A DNA stretch of 64,000 nucleotides from Lama glama (lineage: Eukaryota): positions 96,970,001 to 97,034,000 of the forward strand of contig CM052817.1 of the NCBI GenBank assembly GCA_028534125.1. Direction: 5' to 3'. A program made the translations under genes and the position numbers. The notes below the pieces were generated by a model that was given only the letters and a program-made list of their open reading frames with translations, was not told where the DNA came from and searched no databases. How positions within the stretch are numbered: position 1 is the stretch's first letter; each line of letters starts with the position of its first letter. Positions 13,483 to 26,970 of this stretch are shown piece after piece.

Positions 13483-13855
13483 TGTCTTAGCTTGGGTTAC
13501 TATAACAAAGCTTGGGTTACTATAACAAAGACATAGTGGCGCTAACTGCAGACATTTATTTCTCACAGTTTTGGAGGCTGGGAGGTCCAAGATCAAGGTG
13601 CCGACAGGTTCATTCCTGGTGAGAACCCTCTTGTGGCTTGTCCACCTTCTCACTGTGTCCTGATGTGGAGAGAGAAGAGCACACGGGCTCTGGTCGCTTC
13701 CTTTTGTGAGGGTACTGATCCCATCAAGGGGCCCCACCCTCATGACCTCATCTAAACCTAGTTACCGCCCAAAGACTCATCTTCCAAATACCATCACTTT
13801 GGCAGTTAGGGCTCCACCAGATGAATTTGGGGGTACACACAGACAGACTATAACA
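13483..13855. mobile_element. MaLR LTR (MLT1A-like)
   Basis: TGTCTTAG...TATAACA ends; ATTTATTTCTCACAGTTTTGGAGGCTGGGAGGTCCAAGATCAAGGTG and CCCACCCTCATGACCTCATCTAAACCTA motifs. Confidence 0.85.
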
Positions 13856-14351
13856 CACAGTGATACAGTTTTTAAAAATGGGCTGTCTGGTGGAAAGTAT
13901 GTTTTCAATTGAAGAGGAGACTAGGTTATCAGTAATTATTCATACACATGAATACTCAGATTTGATTCAGTGCATTTGAAAATATTCAAATGTGACTAGA
14001 TTAATGATTTGACATTTTCCCTACCTGCTTGTCTAGTTATTGAGCAAATATTGATTGGAGCGTATCTTGTGATTCAGGCCCCGTTCTGGGCTCTAGGCCA
14101 AAGGGATGATAAGAAGGCTAAGTGAGGGGAGCTCACATCTGGTAGTTGGTTTAAAGTTGTATACAAAGAATATTTTCTTCCAGTCTCCTTTCAAATAAAT
14201 TTTATCAAGGTGCCATCTTGTCCTGTTTTTTTCTTTTGTATGAGATGTTGTCAACATATGTAATATATAGATAATATAATGAATACCTAAGTACTCACAT
14301 CTGGCTTTGTCAGATCTTAGTATTCGAAGGAACTATGTCAATATATATATT

Positions 14352-14436
14352 CTTTTAATAGAGATACTGAGGATGGAACCCAGGACCTTGTGCAGGCTGA
14401 GCATGCGCTCTGCTATGAGCTATACCCATCCCCCCC
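14352..14436 (-). mobile_element. vic-1-like SINE with TSD
   Basis: Reverse complement of the SINE head, flanked by AATATATATATT (14340-14351 and 14437-14448). Confidence 0.88.
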
Positions 14437-14449
14437 AATATATATATTT

Positions 14450-15230
14450 TTTTACCATGAGAAACGAACATCACTGGGAATTGACCCCTGGGTGCCCCTC
14501 CCTGTCCTACATCTCTCCTTCCTCTTCCAGAAGTAACCACTCTCCTGGATTTGGGGAGTATCATTACCATGCGTAGTTTTATACTTTTATTACGCATGTA
14601 TGACCTGATGAACAATATAGAATGTCATTTAAGAAACTTGACGAAAAGGATAGAAAACTATGAATTTTTCTGTACCTGGAGAGAAAAAACAGCCATGTTG
14701 AGATTTATTTGTTTTTGATCTGTAGCTCTAGTTCCTTTGTTAAAACTGGTGTGTATGGTATTCCTTTGTATGGTTATTCTGCATTACATTGAGTCTGTTC
14801 TCCCATTGTCAGATATGTTGGGAATTTTCCTGAACTTTCTGTAAATGGCACTGGCATGGACATTTTTGTCTACGTCTCCTGATGTGTGTATGTGAGTCTC
14901 TCTGGGGACAAACGTGAGTGTGGAATTGCTGGGTCAGGCTCATCTCCAGGTTTACTGGTTAGGGTCACATCGCTACGTATGCACAGTAGCCAGTTTACAT
15001 CCCCCCTTAATATATCCGTGATTTCATTGATCTGAGTCTTATCCAATACTTGGTGTCACCGAGCTTTTGCATTTTTGCTGTGGGGCGTGAAGTAATCCCT
15101 TACCGTTTCTTGCATTAACGCTGTGTTTCCTGATTGCGGTGAGGTTGACTATCCTAGCACATGTCTGTTGGCCTTTCAGGCTGCTGCTTCTGTGAATTGG
15201 CTGTTTGTATTGTACCCCTACTTCTTTGTT
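14450..15230 (-). mobile_element. Old L1 (L1M-type) remnant
   Basis: Degenerate antisense L1 motifs such as GTGGAATTGCTGGGTCA, CCAATACTTGGT and AGTAACCACTCTCCTG. Confidence 0.6.
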
Positions 15231-17574
15231 GGTGGTGGGACCAGGTGCAGAAAAGTGGGCTGACATAATCCTCAATTCATGACACATGATCGTCATTGGG
15301 CTTTGGAGGACCCTCTCACTTATTCCTGTTTTTAATACAACGAATACCTGTGAACTCATCAAACTGGTGCACTGCCAGCAATTTACATCTGCCTGTGCTT
15401 CTCCGCGTTCCGTTCTTATGTCTCTCCCCCGACTTCCCTTTTTTTTTTTTTTTCCATGCTATCCTGAACTTTCTCATTCCTTCTCATCTGCTTCTGTGTG
15501 TGCTCTTCCCTCTGGGGCTTGCTTTTCTCATTCCCTGTTATTAGTATGATTTATCCAGGTTGTTCCGTTGGCTTTGGTCCATCCATTTTCACTGCCCTGT
15601 AACATCCCCCAATGTTACCATTTTTCTGTCATTTCACCTTTGAATAGCATTTGGGTCACTTCCAGTTCCATTGTTATGAACCACTCTTTTATGAATATTC
15701 ATTCATGTGAATCTTGCTGGCCGTGATCAGGATGGTCTCTTGAATATTATCTGGGACAGGAGATACTGGATTGGATATTCTGATGTTAACTTGGTTAACT
15801 GATGCCAATTTTTTCCCTCAAAGTTTTACCATTCATGTTCCCGCAAACAATGAATCAGGTTGCCCTAGGGCTTCTTCTCAATTTGTATTTTTTTGGTGAG
15901 TGTAATTCTCATTAGCAGATGTCTGTTGGTTTGGTGGAGCTGGATAGTAAGGTTTGGTTTCCTTGTCACGTGTCAGCTTTTGCACAGCGGGTGGAGGAGG
16001 AACATGCAAGCCTGACCTGCGAACTCCTGGATCCCAGTGTTTGTGAAAAGAACCTGATGTTTGCCGATGGCCAAGTGGGCTTATGTTGTTGGCAGCACCC
16101 TCTTCACATGTATTTGATTCCTGCTTTTATGTCAAAAATTAAATTTAATTTACTGGTTTTGTAGTATATCTCCATGGAGCTATTCTTTAAAATTAAAGTG
16201 GGTTGAATTGCTTTGGAGTGTCTGTTCTGTTTTGTTCATTGTGGATGTTCTCCTTGTGTGTTTTTTAGTTTCAGATTTTGAGCTCCTTTACAGTTGAGTT
16301 TCACCTGTGGGAGCCTTGGGAGACCTGGGTCCAAGGTGTATTAAAAATACAGTGTAGGATTTTTATTTACAGAATACTTAGCAGTGTTGGGCAAACTATA
16401 ATAAACATCCTTAAGTGCACAGCTGTGATTATTTTTTTAAATGTGGGAAATTCCTAGAATCTGACAATGAAGAAAAGACGTAATTCCAGAACGGCATACT
16501 AGGAGTTGAACTTTCAGCAGTCTGAATCAAGGTGCTTGGAGTCTATCCACCAATATGGGGAGAAAGGAGGAATTTTTGGGCAGAAAGTTGGAGCTGGGAT
16601 CTTGCTCGATATCTAGTTAGCCAGGCCCCTCCAACGGCTGGATTTCAGTGAAGGAATGGATCAGAAAAGGCCTGCCCAGCAGTACAGAAATCCAAAGAAG
16701 TTGGTCCATCCCAGCCTGGGCTCTGAGTAGGTGATATAAGTGTTCTGGTCTCTTCCTAAAGTTAGAAAGCACAGGCAGTCCCTTACTTCTTAGAGTTCAC
16801 ATGTTTCTACCTCCCAAGTTTTCCAGGAATCACCAAGTCATGGAATTAGCATAAAATCCAGTGCTGAGTCAGTGATGCCCCCCTGCTGAGGTCCCTTCCA
16901 GAAGCAAATCTATGGCTGTTGACATATCTTCTCCCTTAGCAGTAAGCCCCTTGGAATGTGGAAACTGCATCCTGTGTACCTTTGTACATCAGTGTGTTTG
17001 TGGAATGAGTGAATAAGTGAACACGTGGAAATACATGGCGTTTTTAACATAACCTTCACCTCCAAGATGGTAGGTTTTCAACATATTAAAAAATAAAGTC
17101 TAAAAGGGATACTGTTTTGCAGTTAACATCTTCTGCAGTTTTCATATTGTTTTCGCACTCTTAGAATCGTCTTCAGATCCCAAGATGGGCAGACATTTAT
17201 TGAGCGTCTTTGCTGTTCTCTGTGATGTGAAGGGTACAAGAATACGCGTGCTCTGCCTTTAGGGAGATACACGTGTAGGGAGTGGCGAGCTTCAACATAA
17301 ATTGTTCTGTGCAAAGTGCAAAATAAGTGCTGTCATAAATTTTTTACCTCAGTTGGGATTGCAGAGATTGGCAGTGATTCATTTCACTTCAGGGATTTGT
17401 TCATTCAGTGAACATTTCACAGCTCTTCTCATGTGGTCAGCGCTGGGAGGATTACAAGAGGACCTGATAGTCATTGTACACAAACATTTTATATGTGGTT
17501 AATCTCCACAACATAATTTAATTCTCACCACATCCTCATGAAGAGGATCCTATAATTATCCTCAGTTGAAATCC

Positions 17575-17850
17575 TTTTTTATTGAAATTGAGCATATAGA
17601 GAGAGTACACTTTCATACGTGTACAACTGGTTGGACTTCCATGAATTGTATACACCATTGTGACCAGCACCCAGAGGAAGAACATACCAAATGTTACAGA
17701 CAGTCCAGAAGTCTCCTCATGCCCCCTGGACTTCCAGCAACAAATTTTTCCCCCTGTTTCTGTATTTTCTGGAAATGGAATCATACAGAATGTGTTCTTC
17801 TGTTGTGTTGCTCTTACATGTAGTTGTGGATTGTTCATTCCCATTGTCAC
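17575..17850 (-). mobile_element. Old L1 3' end remnant
   Basis: TTTTTATTGAAATTGA...AAATGGAATCATACAGAATGTG pattern. Confidence 0.6.
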
Positions 17851-20344
17851 CTCATAGTTCTTTAGCCCCACTTTACGGACGAGGAAACTGAGGTTGAGAG
17901 GTCAGAGTAGCGCAAGATCATGCCATTAGTAACGAGCGTATTGCACTGCCACTAAGTGTTTTGTCAAAACATGATCATTAATGTTCTTACAGTGTTCTGT
18001 CATGTAAATAGCATGATTAATTTAACCCCAATTAATTTATCCTTCTGACGACTACCTGGGTTGTTTCCAACATGTCATCATTGATACTTTGCTATGACAG
18101 AGAAATCCATTTCAGTCTTCAAAGTATGTTTTTAAGTTTCCAGCCACTTTGCCATCGACAATAATCAGATCTGCTAACAAAGGATTGATTTCCCCCATGG
18201 CTTTCTTTGGGAGGTAGCAGCTGCTAGTCCAGGGTGGCTCTGGTAGTTTTTGTGTATGGTCTACTCGCCTTTTGAAAGTGCCTTGGAAGAGTGTGTAGTG
18301 CCTTTTTTCCCTTTTACCCAGTTTGTGTCTTCCTACTCTCCTTTTTTTCCTTGAAAACTTACTGGATCATCTCAGTTCTGCTGTGGCCCCAAATTACATT
18401 CATTTGCCTGAGGGCTGGCTCTCCCTTTGGCCCGGTGATGGGTCCTTCAGGGAGGTATCCAAGGGTCAAGAGACTTCAGAGGACATAGACTTTTGTGTTG
18501 TGATTCACGAAGGGGGCTTCTGGAGTGTGAACTCTTGACAGGTGGGGCCATGTATGTATTTGGTGCTCAGTAAATGTGCGGTGGCCCATTTGAGGACTGC
18601 TAGAGCCTTGGGTTTGTATTCTTCTGATTGACCTTTATAATGTCATGATCGATGCTAGGAAGTTAATTAAACATGATTAATTTTTTTCAGACTCTTCAAA
18701 CAAATAGAATATATAACTGGAGCTGTTTATTTAGACTTTTTTTTTCTATCCTGATAGAGGAGGAGTGATTTAGTAATGCACTAGAAAATAAGTTTATAAT
18801 GATTCTGTTGCAATATGAAGTTTCTTATATTTTCTCCATCCTCTGAACATTTACTGAAGCCGTACTTCCTGAGTGCCATGCAATAGGCATACAGAGATGC
18901 AGGTAATAAACCCTGCCCTCAAGGGCTCTGGTGGGAGAGACAGACCCATACATATAATACCTTGTGGTAAAACAGATCTATATAACTGTTTGAGCAGGTT
19001 TTTGTTTTTCGCACATGGTGGAAGAGGGGACCTCAGCCTAGGGGGTGGAGAGGCTGTCTTGAGGGTCCTCCTGGAAGAGATGACACCACAACAGAATCTT
19101 AGGGAAAGTGCATAAATTCCTATTCAACCTTCCACCCAAATGCTACTTGCTCTCCATTCCCCCTTATTTCTAGTGGGAGTACTGAGTATAGTTACAGCAT
19201 TCTCCGTAGAATTTCTGATATACATTCTTGTCTTTCCCTCACTTCACGTGGCTCTTGTCTCACAGGGTCTTGATTCTAGCTCTGAAATGACCTTAGAATG
19301 TGGTTTCTACTTTCTCTGCCTTTCTGTCCTCTCATTGATACCTCCTTGGTTTGGAAGAACAGGGATGGGAATCAGTCACTGTTGTGTTTTAAGCACCAGA
19401 CCTGGAGCCTGGTACATGTGGGTTCAAACTTTTGTTGAACCAGAATGAACCATGTGACCTCTAAGTGGTCTTCCTTTATCTTTTCCTTTTCTTTGATGCT
19501 ATGCAGGGTCCTCAAAGTTAGTCAACTTCTTTTTTTGGTATCATTTCTCTGCTTAAAATTCTTCAGTGACTCCTTATTACCCTCAAGATGAAAATCTGGC
19601 TTCTTCACCCAGGTCCCTGCCATCAACCCCAGCCTGCATGAAGGATGCCTCATCTTCCCACTGCCCCATAATACTGCATATGAGAGCTGCCTTGAGATCT
19701 TTGTCATCTTGTGGCCCCATGTACCCTCTCCTTTTCTGATGCCACTTCTCTGTCGTGTATTAAGATCTAGCTCAGCTGTCACCACCCCTACAAAACCTTC
19801 CATAGTTTGCCCAGAGATAGTTGTATTCTCTGCTGAGTTCCCTGAAGTCTGTCCAGTCAGTTCTCTTGTATTTCTACATTTCACTGCATGTTTTCCTCTG
19901 CATTTCTCTCATGATGCCGAGGGCCAGGAACTGCACCTTTGTTTCCTGGTCAGGCCTTTGTTATGTGTTAGATAAATAGGACCTCCCTATAAACACACTC
20001 CCTGCCTTCCCATCTCTCCAGTTTTGCTTGCCTGGTTTTTTATTATGGACACACCCTTTCATCAGCTCTATTTCAATGTAGTGCATTATTCAAGGGCCAA
20101 TTTCTCATCCTTGTCTGAAATTTTCTGTGATGATGGCAACCTCCAAATATTGGCAGCTAGCTCAGAACCATCTGTTTGTTAACCCTTGGCTATGGCCCTT
20201 ACCCAATGTCTGCTATTATTATTTGTATTTTTGTTCTGTATGTGTCATTTCTCCCAAGTTACATTATAAACTCTGAAGTTGGAGGTCAATTTTGAATGTT
20301 CTCTGCTGAAAATTAGAATTCCTTATTTAGTATTCATTTGTTGA

Positions 20345-21350
20345 TTAAAGGTAAATCTGTTAGTGACACATTCTTTTAGCTCCCTTTGTCTAAGAATGTC
20401 TATTTGCCATTCATCCCTCAAGGATACTTTTGCTGGATATAAAATTTGCAGCTGAGTTTTCTTCCCCCAGCACTTTAAAAAATATTAGGCCACTTCCTTT
20501 AGTCTTCATGGTTTAGATGAGAAGTTCACTGTCATTTAAAGTGATGTTCCCCTGCAAAGTGTGTCTTCCCCCTGGCTGCTTTCAAGACTTTTTGTCTTTA
20601 GTTTTCAGAAGTTTAGTTATGATTATGATACTTTATCGTTGACCCCACGCTTGGCATGGATTTCTTTGGGTTTATCTTGATTCAGGAATTTGCTCAGCTT
20701 CTTAAATCTTTGTGGCTTTTACTAAATTTGGGAAGTTTTCGGTCATTTCTTTGAATACTCTAGTAGCCTTACTCTATGTCTCCTGTCCTACAGTGACTCT
20801 GATTATACAGACGTTAGATCTTTTGTTGTTTTCTGGGTCCCCAAGGGTCTGTTCACTTTTTCAGCCTGTTTCCCCTCTGTTCTTCCAGTTGAGTGAATTC
20901 TGTTTGTTTTTTCCTCAAGTTCACTGATTCTGTTCTCTTTCATCTCAGCTCTGCTACTGAGTCCATCAGATGAGGTTTTACTTTTCTTGTGATATTTCCC
21001 AGTTGTATAATTTCTATCTGGTTCTTTTTTGGTATCTTCTGTTTATTTCCTGAGAACTTCTATTTTGTCATTTGTTTCAGCAGAACTGGTAGTGGATTGT
21101 TGCAGCACTTTTATGACTTTTATGCTTTAGAGTCCTTACCAGGTAATTTCAGCTTCTCTTTTGTCTTGGAGTGGTCATCAGTTGATTGGTGTTTCTCATT
21201 CAAGTTGTGAATGCAGGATGCCCTTTGCTGTGCTGTTCCTTGAGCTCTGGAGTCACAGACCAGTTTACTTCCTTCTTACCACCTTTCAGAGTTCTCCTTT
21301 GGTCTCTCATTTATTATTGCCAAGGTTTCTAGCACTTAGCAGGAAGGAGT
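20345..21350 (-). mobile_element. Old L1 (L1M-type) internal remnant
   Basis: Antisense L1-like motifs GGATACTTTTGCTGGATATAAAATT, GGCTGCTTTCAAGA and AAATTTGGGAAGTTTTCGGTCATT. Confidence 0.7.
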
Positions 21351-23668
21351 AGGGGAAATAGGTCTAAGCTATTTTTTCCTTAATCATTCATTTTTAAATG
21401 TTGGGTTCTTAAAAACAGTTTAAAAATATCAGTAAAGTTTAGCATTGATTTTCCAGTGTTGGCCAAATCATATCATGGAGCTGTCTTACTTTACAGGTTA
21501 GGAAACTTGAGACCCAGTCAGATTAGGTGCCCAGTTGCCAGATCCCATTGCTAGTTAATTGCAGAGGCCAGACAAGATCAAGGCTCTTGGTGAGGAATCC
21601 AGTATGTGTTTCACTGTAGCAGATTAAGTCAGAGAGTTATCTAGAGGAGAATAGAACCTTGCAATGCTGTAGTGTTCTGGGCTTTATGACATTAACACAC
21701 CTAAGAATTTATACCCTCAATGAGAAACCTATCAGAATACAAGAAGAAAAGAATCCAGTCTTAATATCATATTGACTGAGGTTGAATGACATGCTGTCTA
21801 TTTGTCCCCATTTTAATACGAATTTTATCATTTTTGATAAAATCTCAAGTAACATACCTTCTGTTTTTACTATAAAACATTGGAAGAACCTAATAAAATG
21901 TTCCTTCTTGCAAAATAAATTTTCTGTCTATTGCTGGTTATCATACCATTCATATTCTACTGCAAAGAGAGTAAAGAATATGAATATGACAGAGATTGGT
22001 GACCTTATCCAAACAAATTAATATCATAACTTAGCATTTGATGGGGCTTTTTAATTGGTAATCTGTGCCTTCTGCAGACTTTAGATACTTCTCATAGTAT
22101 TTCCCTAGGAAGAGGTTTCCTGTATGGCAAAGTTGGAGGAATGGAGAAACCCAGATGTTACCTCTTTGGTTGGTTGTAATTTTTTTTTGTAAGTTTCAAG
22201 ATTTTACAGGAAATAGGGTCAAAGCTGAACTGATGCCAAAACCCTTAGGAAATCCAAGAGGGGAAGCATGTTTACTTCTTCCCCTAAGACATTTTCTGAG
22301 ACGCAGCAAGAGCGAGGCACAACAAATAGGATTCAGCACTGGCTCTGTTCAGTGTCATTTGGATAATGGTGACCATAGGGACCTGTGGATGGGGTGGCAT
22401 TGCCTCTCGTCACCTCGTTCACTTGTTCTTCCCTTCCTGCCTTTTTTTTTTTTTTTTTTTGCTTTTTGTTCCCTTCCTTTTCCCTCCATATGTGGTCTTG
22501 CTACAAAGTTAAAATCTCTGATCTCCTACTGAAGAAGGAACTTAAACATACTGGGCTTTGGAGAATTTTTCCTATCACTTGTGATCAGACACTCACATAG
22601 GCAATCCATATGCTAAAATCAGTTGTTTGGAATTTGGAGTAAATTTTCATTAAAAAATCCCATACAGTATAACAATAAAGTCCCATACAGCATAATGGTT
22701 AGGATTTCAATTCTGTCTTTTCTAATCCATGATGCATGTAGTTGAGGTGTGATGCTAAAGGTGAGATAGTAGTATTTGTGCTAATAATTCACCAGCTGTT
22801 GATTGGCTTAGAACCGAAGGATCTTAGCACTGGATAGGACCTTTTTGGACCACTGTTCTGACCTCCCACCCTTAGCAATGTCTCTACAATACAAGTAGCA
22901 ACGATGTCTCGTAAATGCCTGCGATGAGGCAGCCCATGGTAATACAGTTGGCAAGTTCTGCTTTACCCAACCCAAAGTTGCTCACTTTAGTTTCCTCTCA
23001 TATTGGCTTTTTAGATCCTGGAGGGTGAGTCTAAGAATTGCTCTAATTAATGTTCATCACAGATCAAAATAGGAGTTATGATTCTGCTCTCCCAATATTT
23101 TGTCCTAATTGATGGCGGTTTTGGACTCATCATCCTGATGATATTTTCTTGGATGTTCAGTTTTGCCAGTGTCCCTTTAAAATGTGGTCCAAACAAAGCA
23201 CAGTGTCCCAAAGTCTTCTTACTCATGCATGAAATATTATTTCTTAAAAAAAAAACCCATAAAAGCAAGCCTGTAAAGAAATACCCATTCTGAGTGCTCT
23301 GTATAGAAAGGGGCATTGAATCTCGCCCTTCCTTTTCTGTGTCTGTTCCCTCATTGGTAGGGTAGTACGTGCGCCATCTGTCTTGCAGGGCCGTTACCTG
23401 GGTTAGAGACCATGTATGTCAGGGATACAAATTCGGGTGCCTGGGAAGTGGATCTTCAGCCAGCTGGTTAGGAGTGGGAGCCTTTCAGTTCTGGTACTGT
23501 GTGGCCTTTCCTGTGTTACCTCTGGGAACTTGTTTCTCCTTTTCATAGAAGTCTCCAGGTGCCTGGTTTCTGTGGCTTGGGGCCTCTCCTTGGCTGTCTA
23601 GGGATATGTATTGGATGGTAAACTTCATTCATCAGCTTCTCTTCATTTTTTAAAAAGCTGGTTCTTAG

Positions 23669-23839
23669 TTATGGTTACCAAAGTGGGAAGGGAGGGGTAA
23701 CTTAGGAGTTTGGGATTAACAGATACACATGGCTATATATAAAATAGCTAAACAAGGACCTACTGTATAGCACAGGGAACTACAGTCAATTTGTTATAAT
23801 AAGCTAAAACAGAAAAGAATCTGAAAATAAATCTATCTG

Positions 23840-23885
<46 letters not shown>

Positions 23886-23960
23886 TTGAATCTCTTTGCT
23901 GTGCACCTGAAACTAACATTGTAAATCAACTACACTTCATAAAAAAGAAAACAATTTTTT
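23669..23960 (+). mobile_element. L1 3' end with internal (CA)n and TSD
   Basis: TTATGGTTACCAAAG...TGTAAATCAACTACACTTCATAAAA, flanked by AAAAGC(C)TGGTTCTTAG on both sides. Confidence 0.88.
23842..23882. repeat. (CA)n microsatellite, about 20 units
   Basis: Perfect AC run. Confidence 0.97.
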
Positions 23961-26179
23961 AAAAGCCTGGTTCTTAGAAAACCAAAGCAAAGGAATAATC
24001 GAGAAGTTAAGAGTTAGTGATCTTACTCATACAGTATTACTGATAGAGTAGCTAACAAGCCTGGGAAACTTGATGCTAATGCCGTGTGCTAATCCAAGAG
24101 CCATCTCAGTTTCCCTTGGTACACTTAAAAGAAGCTCGTAAGTTTTGTATACATAGAATACTTCCTACTCAGTGAGCCCTTTGTTATGAGAAGATGTATA
24201 TTCACTTATAAAATTTATAACTCCACCTAATGAGCCCTTTATTTGTATTTATTCTTCTCAGAACTACTAAGTTTGTCCAGAAGTGTTTCTGTACCAGGTG
24301 ATAGCAATGTCCCCACCCATCTTCAACTCCCTATGTGAGAGGCCTCTGTTTTCTTTCTCTTCTCTTCTCTTTTTAAAAAAAATGCTGTTATGCTTCAATG
24401 TACTGATTTTATTCCCATGAAGTCACAGGTGGCACTCTGAACGACGCTGCTCTTGGTCCTTGCTGCTCAGTGGGACCTGTAGACCCAGGCCAGTCTGCAG
24501 CCCATGGGCTCCGATGAGATTTGGAATTGACTTTCTTCATCGAGGAAGACCAGCTGTGAAAAAATGTCAGCCAAACTGAACTGCGTGCTCAGTGACTCAG
24601 TTAATTTACGTTCTGCCTGGACTCCTTGTCTCTCAGGGGCCTTGGTGGATAGTTCAGGGGCTGGCGCTGTGAATAGCACTGTCTGCAAGTATCACAGAAC
24701 TTCCTTTGCCATCCAGTTCTTAGTAGAGCGGCTGTCTGGTGTCCAAGCTGCTTGCAGATTAGAAACCAGGTGAGGGGAAGCTGCACTGATATGTCAGATA
24801 AACTCAGTAGCCCCAGCACCATTTAGCATGGGAACAAGTAGCTCTGCCAGAGTTTGGGATGAAAAGGTCGTGAGTTGGAAATCAGACCTGGGTTTAATTC
24901 TGGTTTTAATGTGTGACATTCTCTATGTATTCCTTACCCGTTCCTCTATAAAATGGAGACAATAATGTTTTCCTTGAGGAATGATGCTAAAGATTAGTAG
25001 TCATTTTTATATAAAATACCCAGGATAATAGTAGATGCTTATTGTTATTAGGAAGAACATAAAATGGTAAAGTTCTGAAAAAGAAAAATGTTTGGGGTGA
25101 TTGGCTGTATTAGGTAATAAAAAGTGTGACATGAGACTGCGGTTTAAAATGTGGCACAAGAAGAGAGACAAAAAGACAGAATAACACAGGGATGCCAGGA
25201 TTAAGTTTTTTTTTTTTAAATAAAATTTAGGGCAATTGGAAATAATTCAGTTTAATTTTCTTCTAAAATGTTCAGGAATATGAAAGGGTGGGTGCTTTTT
25301 GAGCATGCAAATGTCAGAATAAACTTCTTCAAATGAATGGAAAAAATTTGACTGCCTAAAAATAGGCAGAATTCAAAATCACACTCCAAAAAAGAAGCCA
25401 CAAAAGTAAAATGGAAAATATTCAAAACAAAATTATTGTATCTCAAACTTGGTAGAGTAGAAGATAAAGGCAGTACATTAATGGCAGCTTATATTATAGA
25501 AATACTTGTAATCAAGGAAATAAAAATTACAAATTAGAAAGTACCAAAAAAATCAGTTTTGAAAAAAATTGAGGGAACGGAATGAGGAACTCTCACTTAC
25601 TCATTACCTATATCCAGGAATAAGAAGTCATGGTGGAGTGTGAGGTATATTTCAGGCTTGGTACGGAGATACCTGTCAGTCAAGTTTGTAACTTACAGAT
25701 CTGATCCTTGGGTTTGTAGGTGCTTACATTCATAAGGCTTCTATTTATATTACGTCTTTGCTTTGTCAATTTGTGGAGGAATGAAATCCAATATTTCCTT
25801 TTGGAAGCCTTACATCTCTGATTCAGCCTTTTCTTTCCTTCTATGCTAACTGTCCTTGTGATAAATTGACTTTCTGGGACACAGACTGGTAAATATAAGA
25901 TATTAGCTGATTTCTTGCTAACTGTCCTTTGAACTGGAGCCTGGGAGTTATTAATGGGCCAAAAAAAGTTCTTGAGGGTCCATAGCCTTCCTTTGCTTGT
26001 GTGTGTGTATAGTTTTGGTTGAGGGGAGGGGGGATCGATTTAATGTCATTAAATTTAGAGTAACAGAAATTAAAGAATGAACTGGAAAACATGCTTTCAG
26101 GTCATGTGGATCTTCAATCAGTACATAGACAATTTCATATACATCTTAGGGTGGCCTTTCAGTTAAAAACTGATTTGGA

Positions 26180-26310
26180 GGAGGGGAGGGTATGGCTCAG
26201 TGATAGAGCTTGCCATGCACAAGGTCCTGGGTTCAATTTCCAGTACCTCCATTCAAATAAATAAACCTAATTACCCCTGCCCCAAAACAACAACAACAAA
26301 AAAATTAAAG
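26180..26310 (+). mobile_element. vic-1-like SINE with perfect 15-bp TSD
   Basis: AAAAACTGATTTGGA at 26165-26179 and 26311-26325; A/B boxes; (CAA)n/A tail. Confidence 0.92.
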
Positions 26311-26499
26311 AAAAACTGATTTGGAATGAAAACCAGTTGGAGTCAGGACCTGTGGATTGCATATACCGCAGCTCTGTGCGTCTCCTGTGTGTGCAACACA
26401 TAGTCTGGACCGGGTGAAGCCCGTTATTGCAGCAGTCAGCGGGGAGCCCACCGGAGCTTGGAGGGGTGCTGGGGGTTCCTAATGCAGGTTGTACTTGGG

Positions 26500-26970
26500 T
26501 TTTGGAGGAGGTGGGAGAAGAGCATTCCAGGCAGAAGGCTGGGCAGGTACGAAGAACCTCCAGGAAGGAAAGAACTTGGGCATCTGTTTTCCAGGAGCAG
26601 AAGGGAGTCTGAGGATGCTGGAGTTAGGAGAGCATAGGGATGATGGAGGCTGGAGAAGTAAGCAGAGAGCAGGTCGTGCAGGGTCCTTTAGACCTTTGGT
26701 GAGGAATCTGGCTTTTATCCTAAGTATGACCGCATGTCGTTGAATGCTTTCAGCTGAGGAGTAAGGGGGTCGAGTTTATATTTGAGTCGTTGTTTGCTGC
26801 TGCGTGGACGTTGAGCTGAAGGGGCTTGAGTGGAGGCAGGGTGACCACCCAGGAGGTGGTGGCAGCCTTAGTGTGTTGCTGGCGGAGACAGAGAAGCGCA
26901 GATCCGCTGCATGTTTTGGAGGTGGAGTGGCTGCAGGGGTGAAGGGAGAGGCAGGAATTGGGATGATTTA
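26500..26970 (-). mobile_element. L2 remnant
   Basis: AGAGCATTCCAGGCAGAAGG, TGGCTTTTATCCTAAG and ATGTTTTGGAGGTGGAG, typical antisense L2 motifs. Confidence 0.6.
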
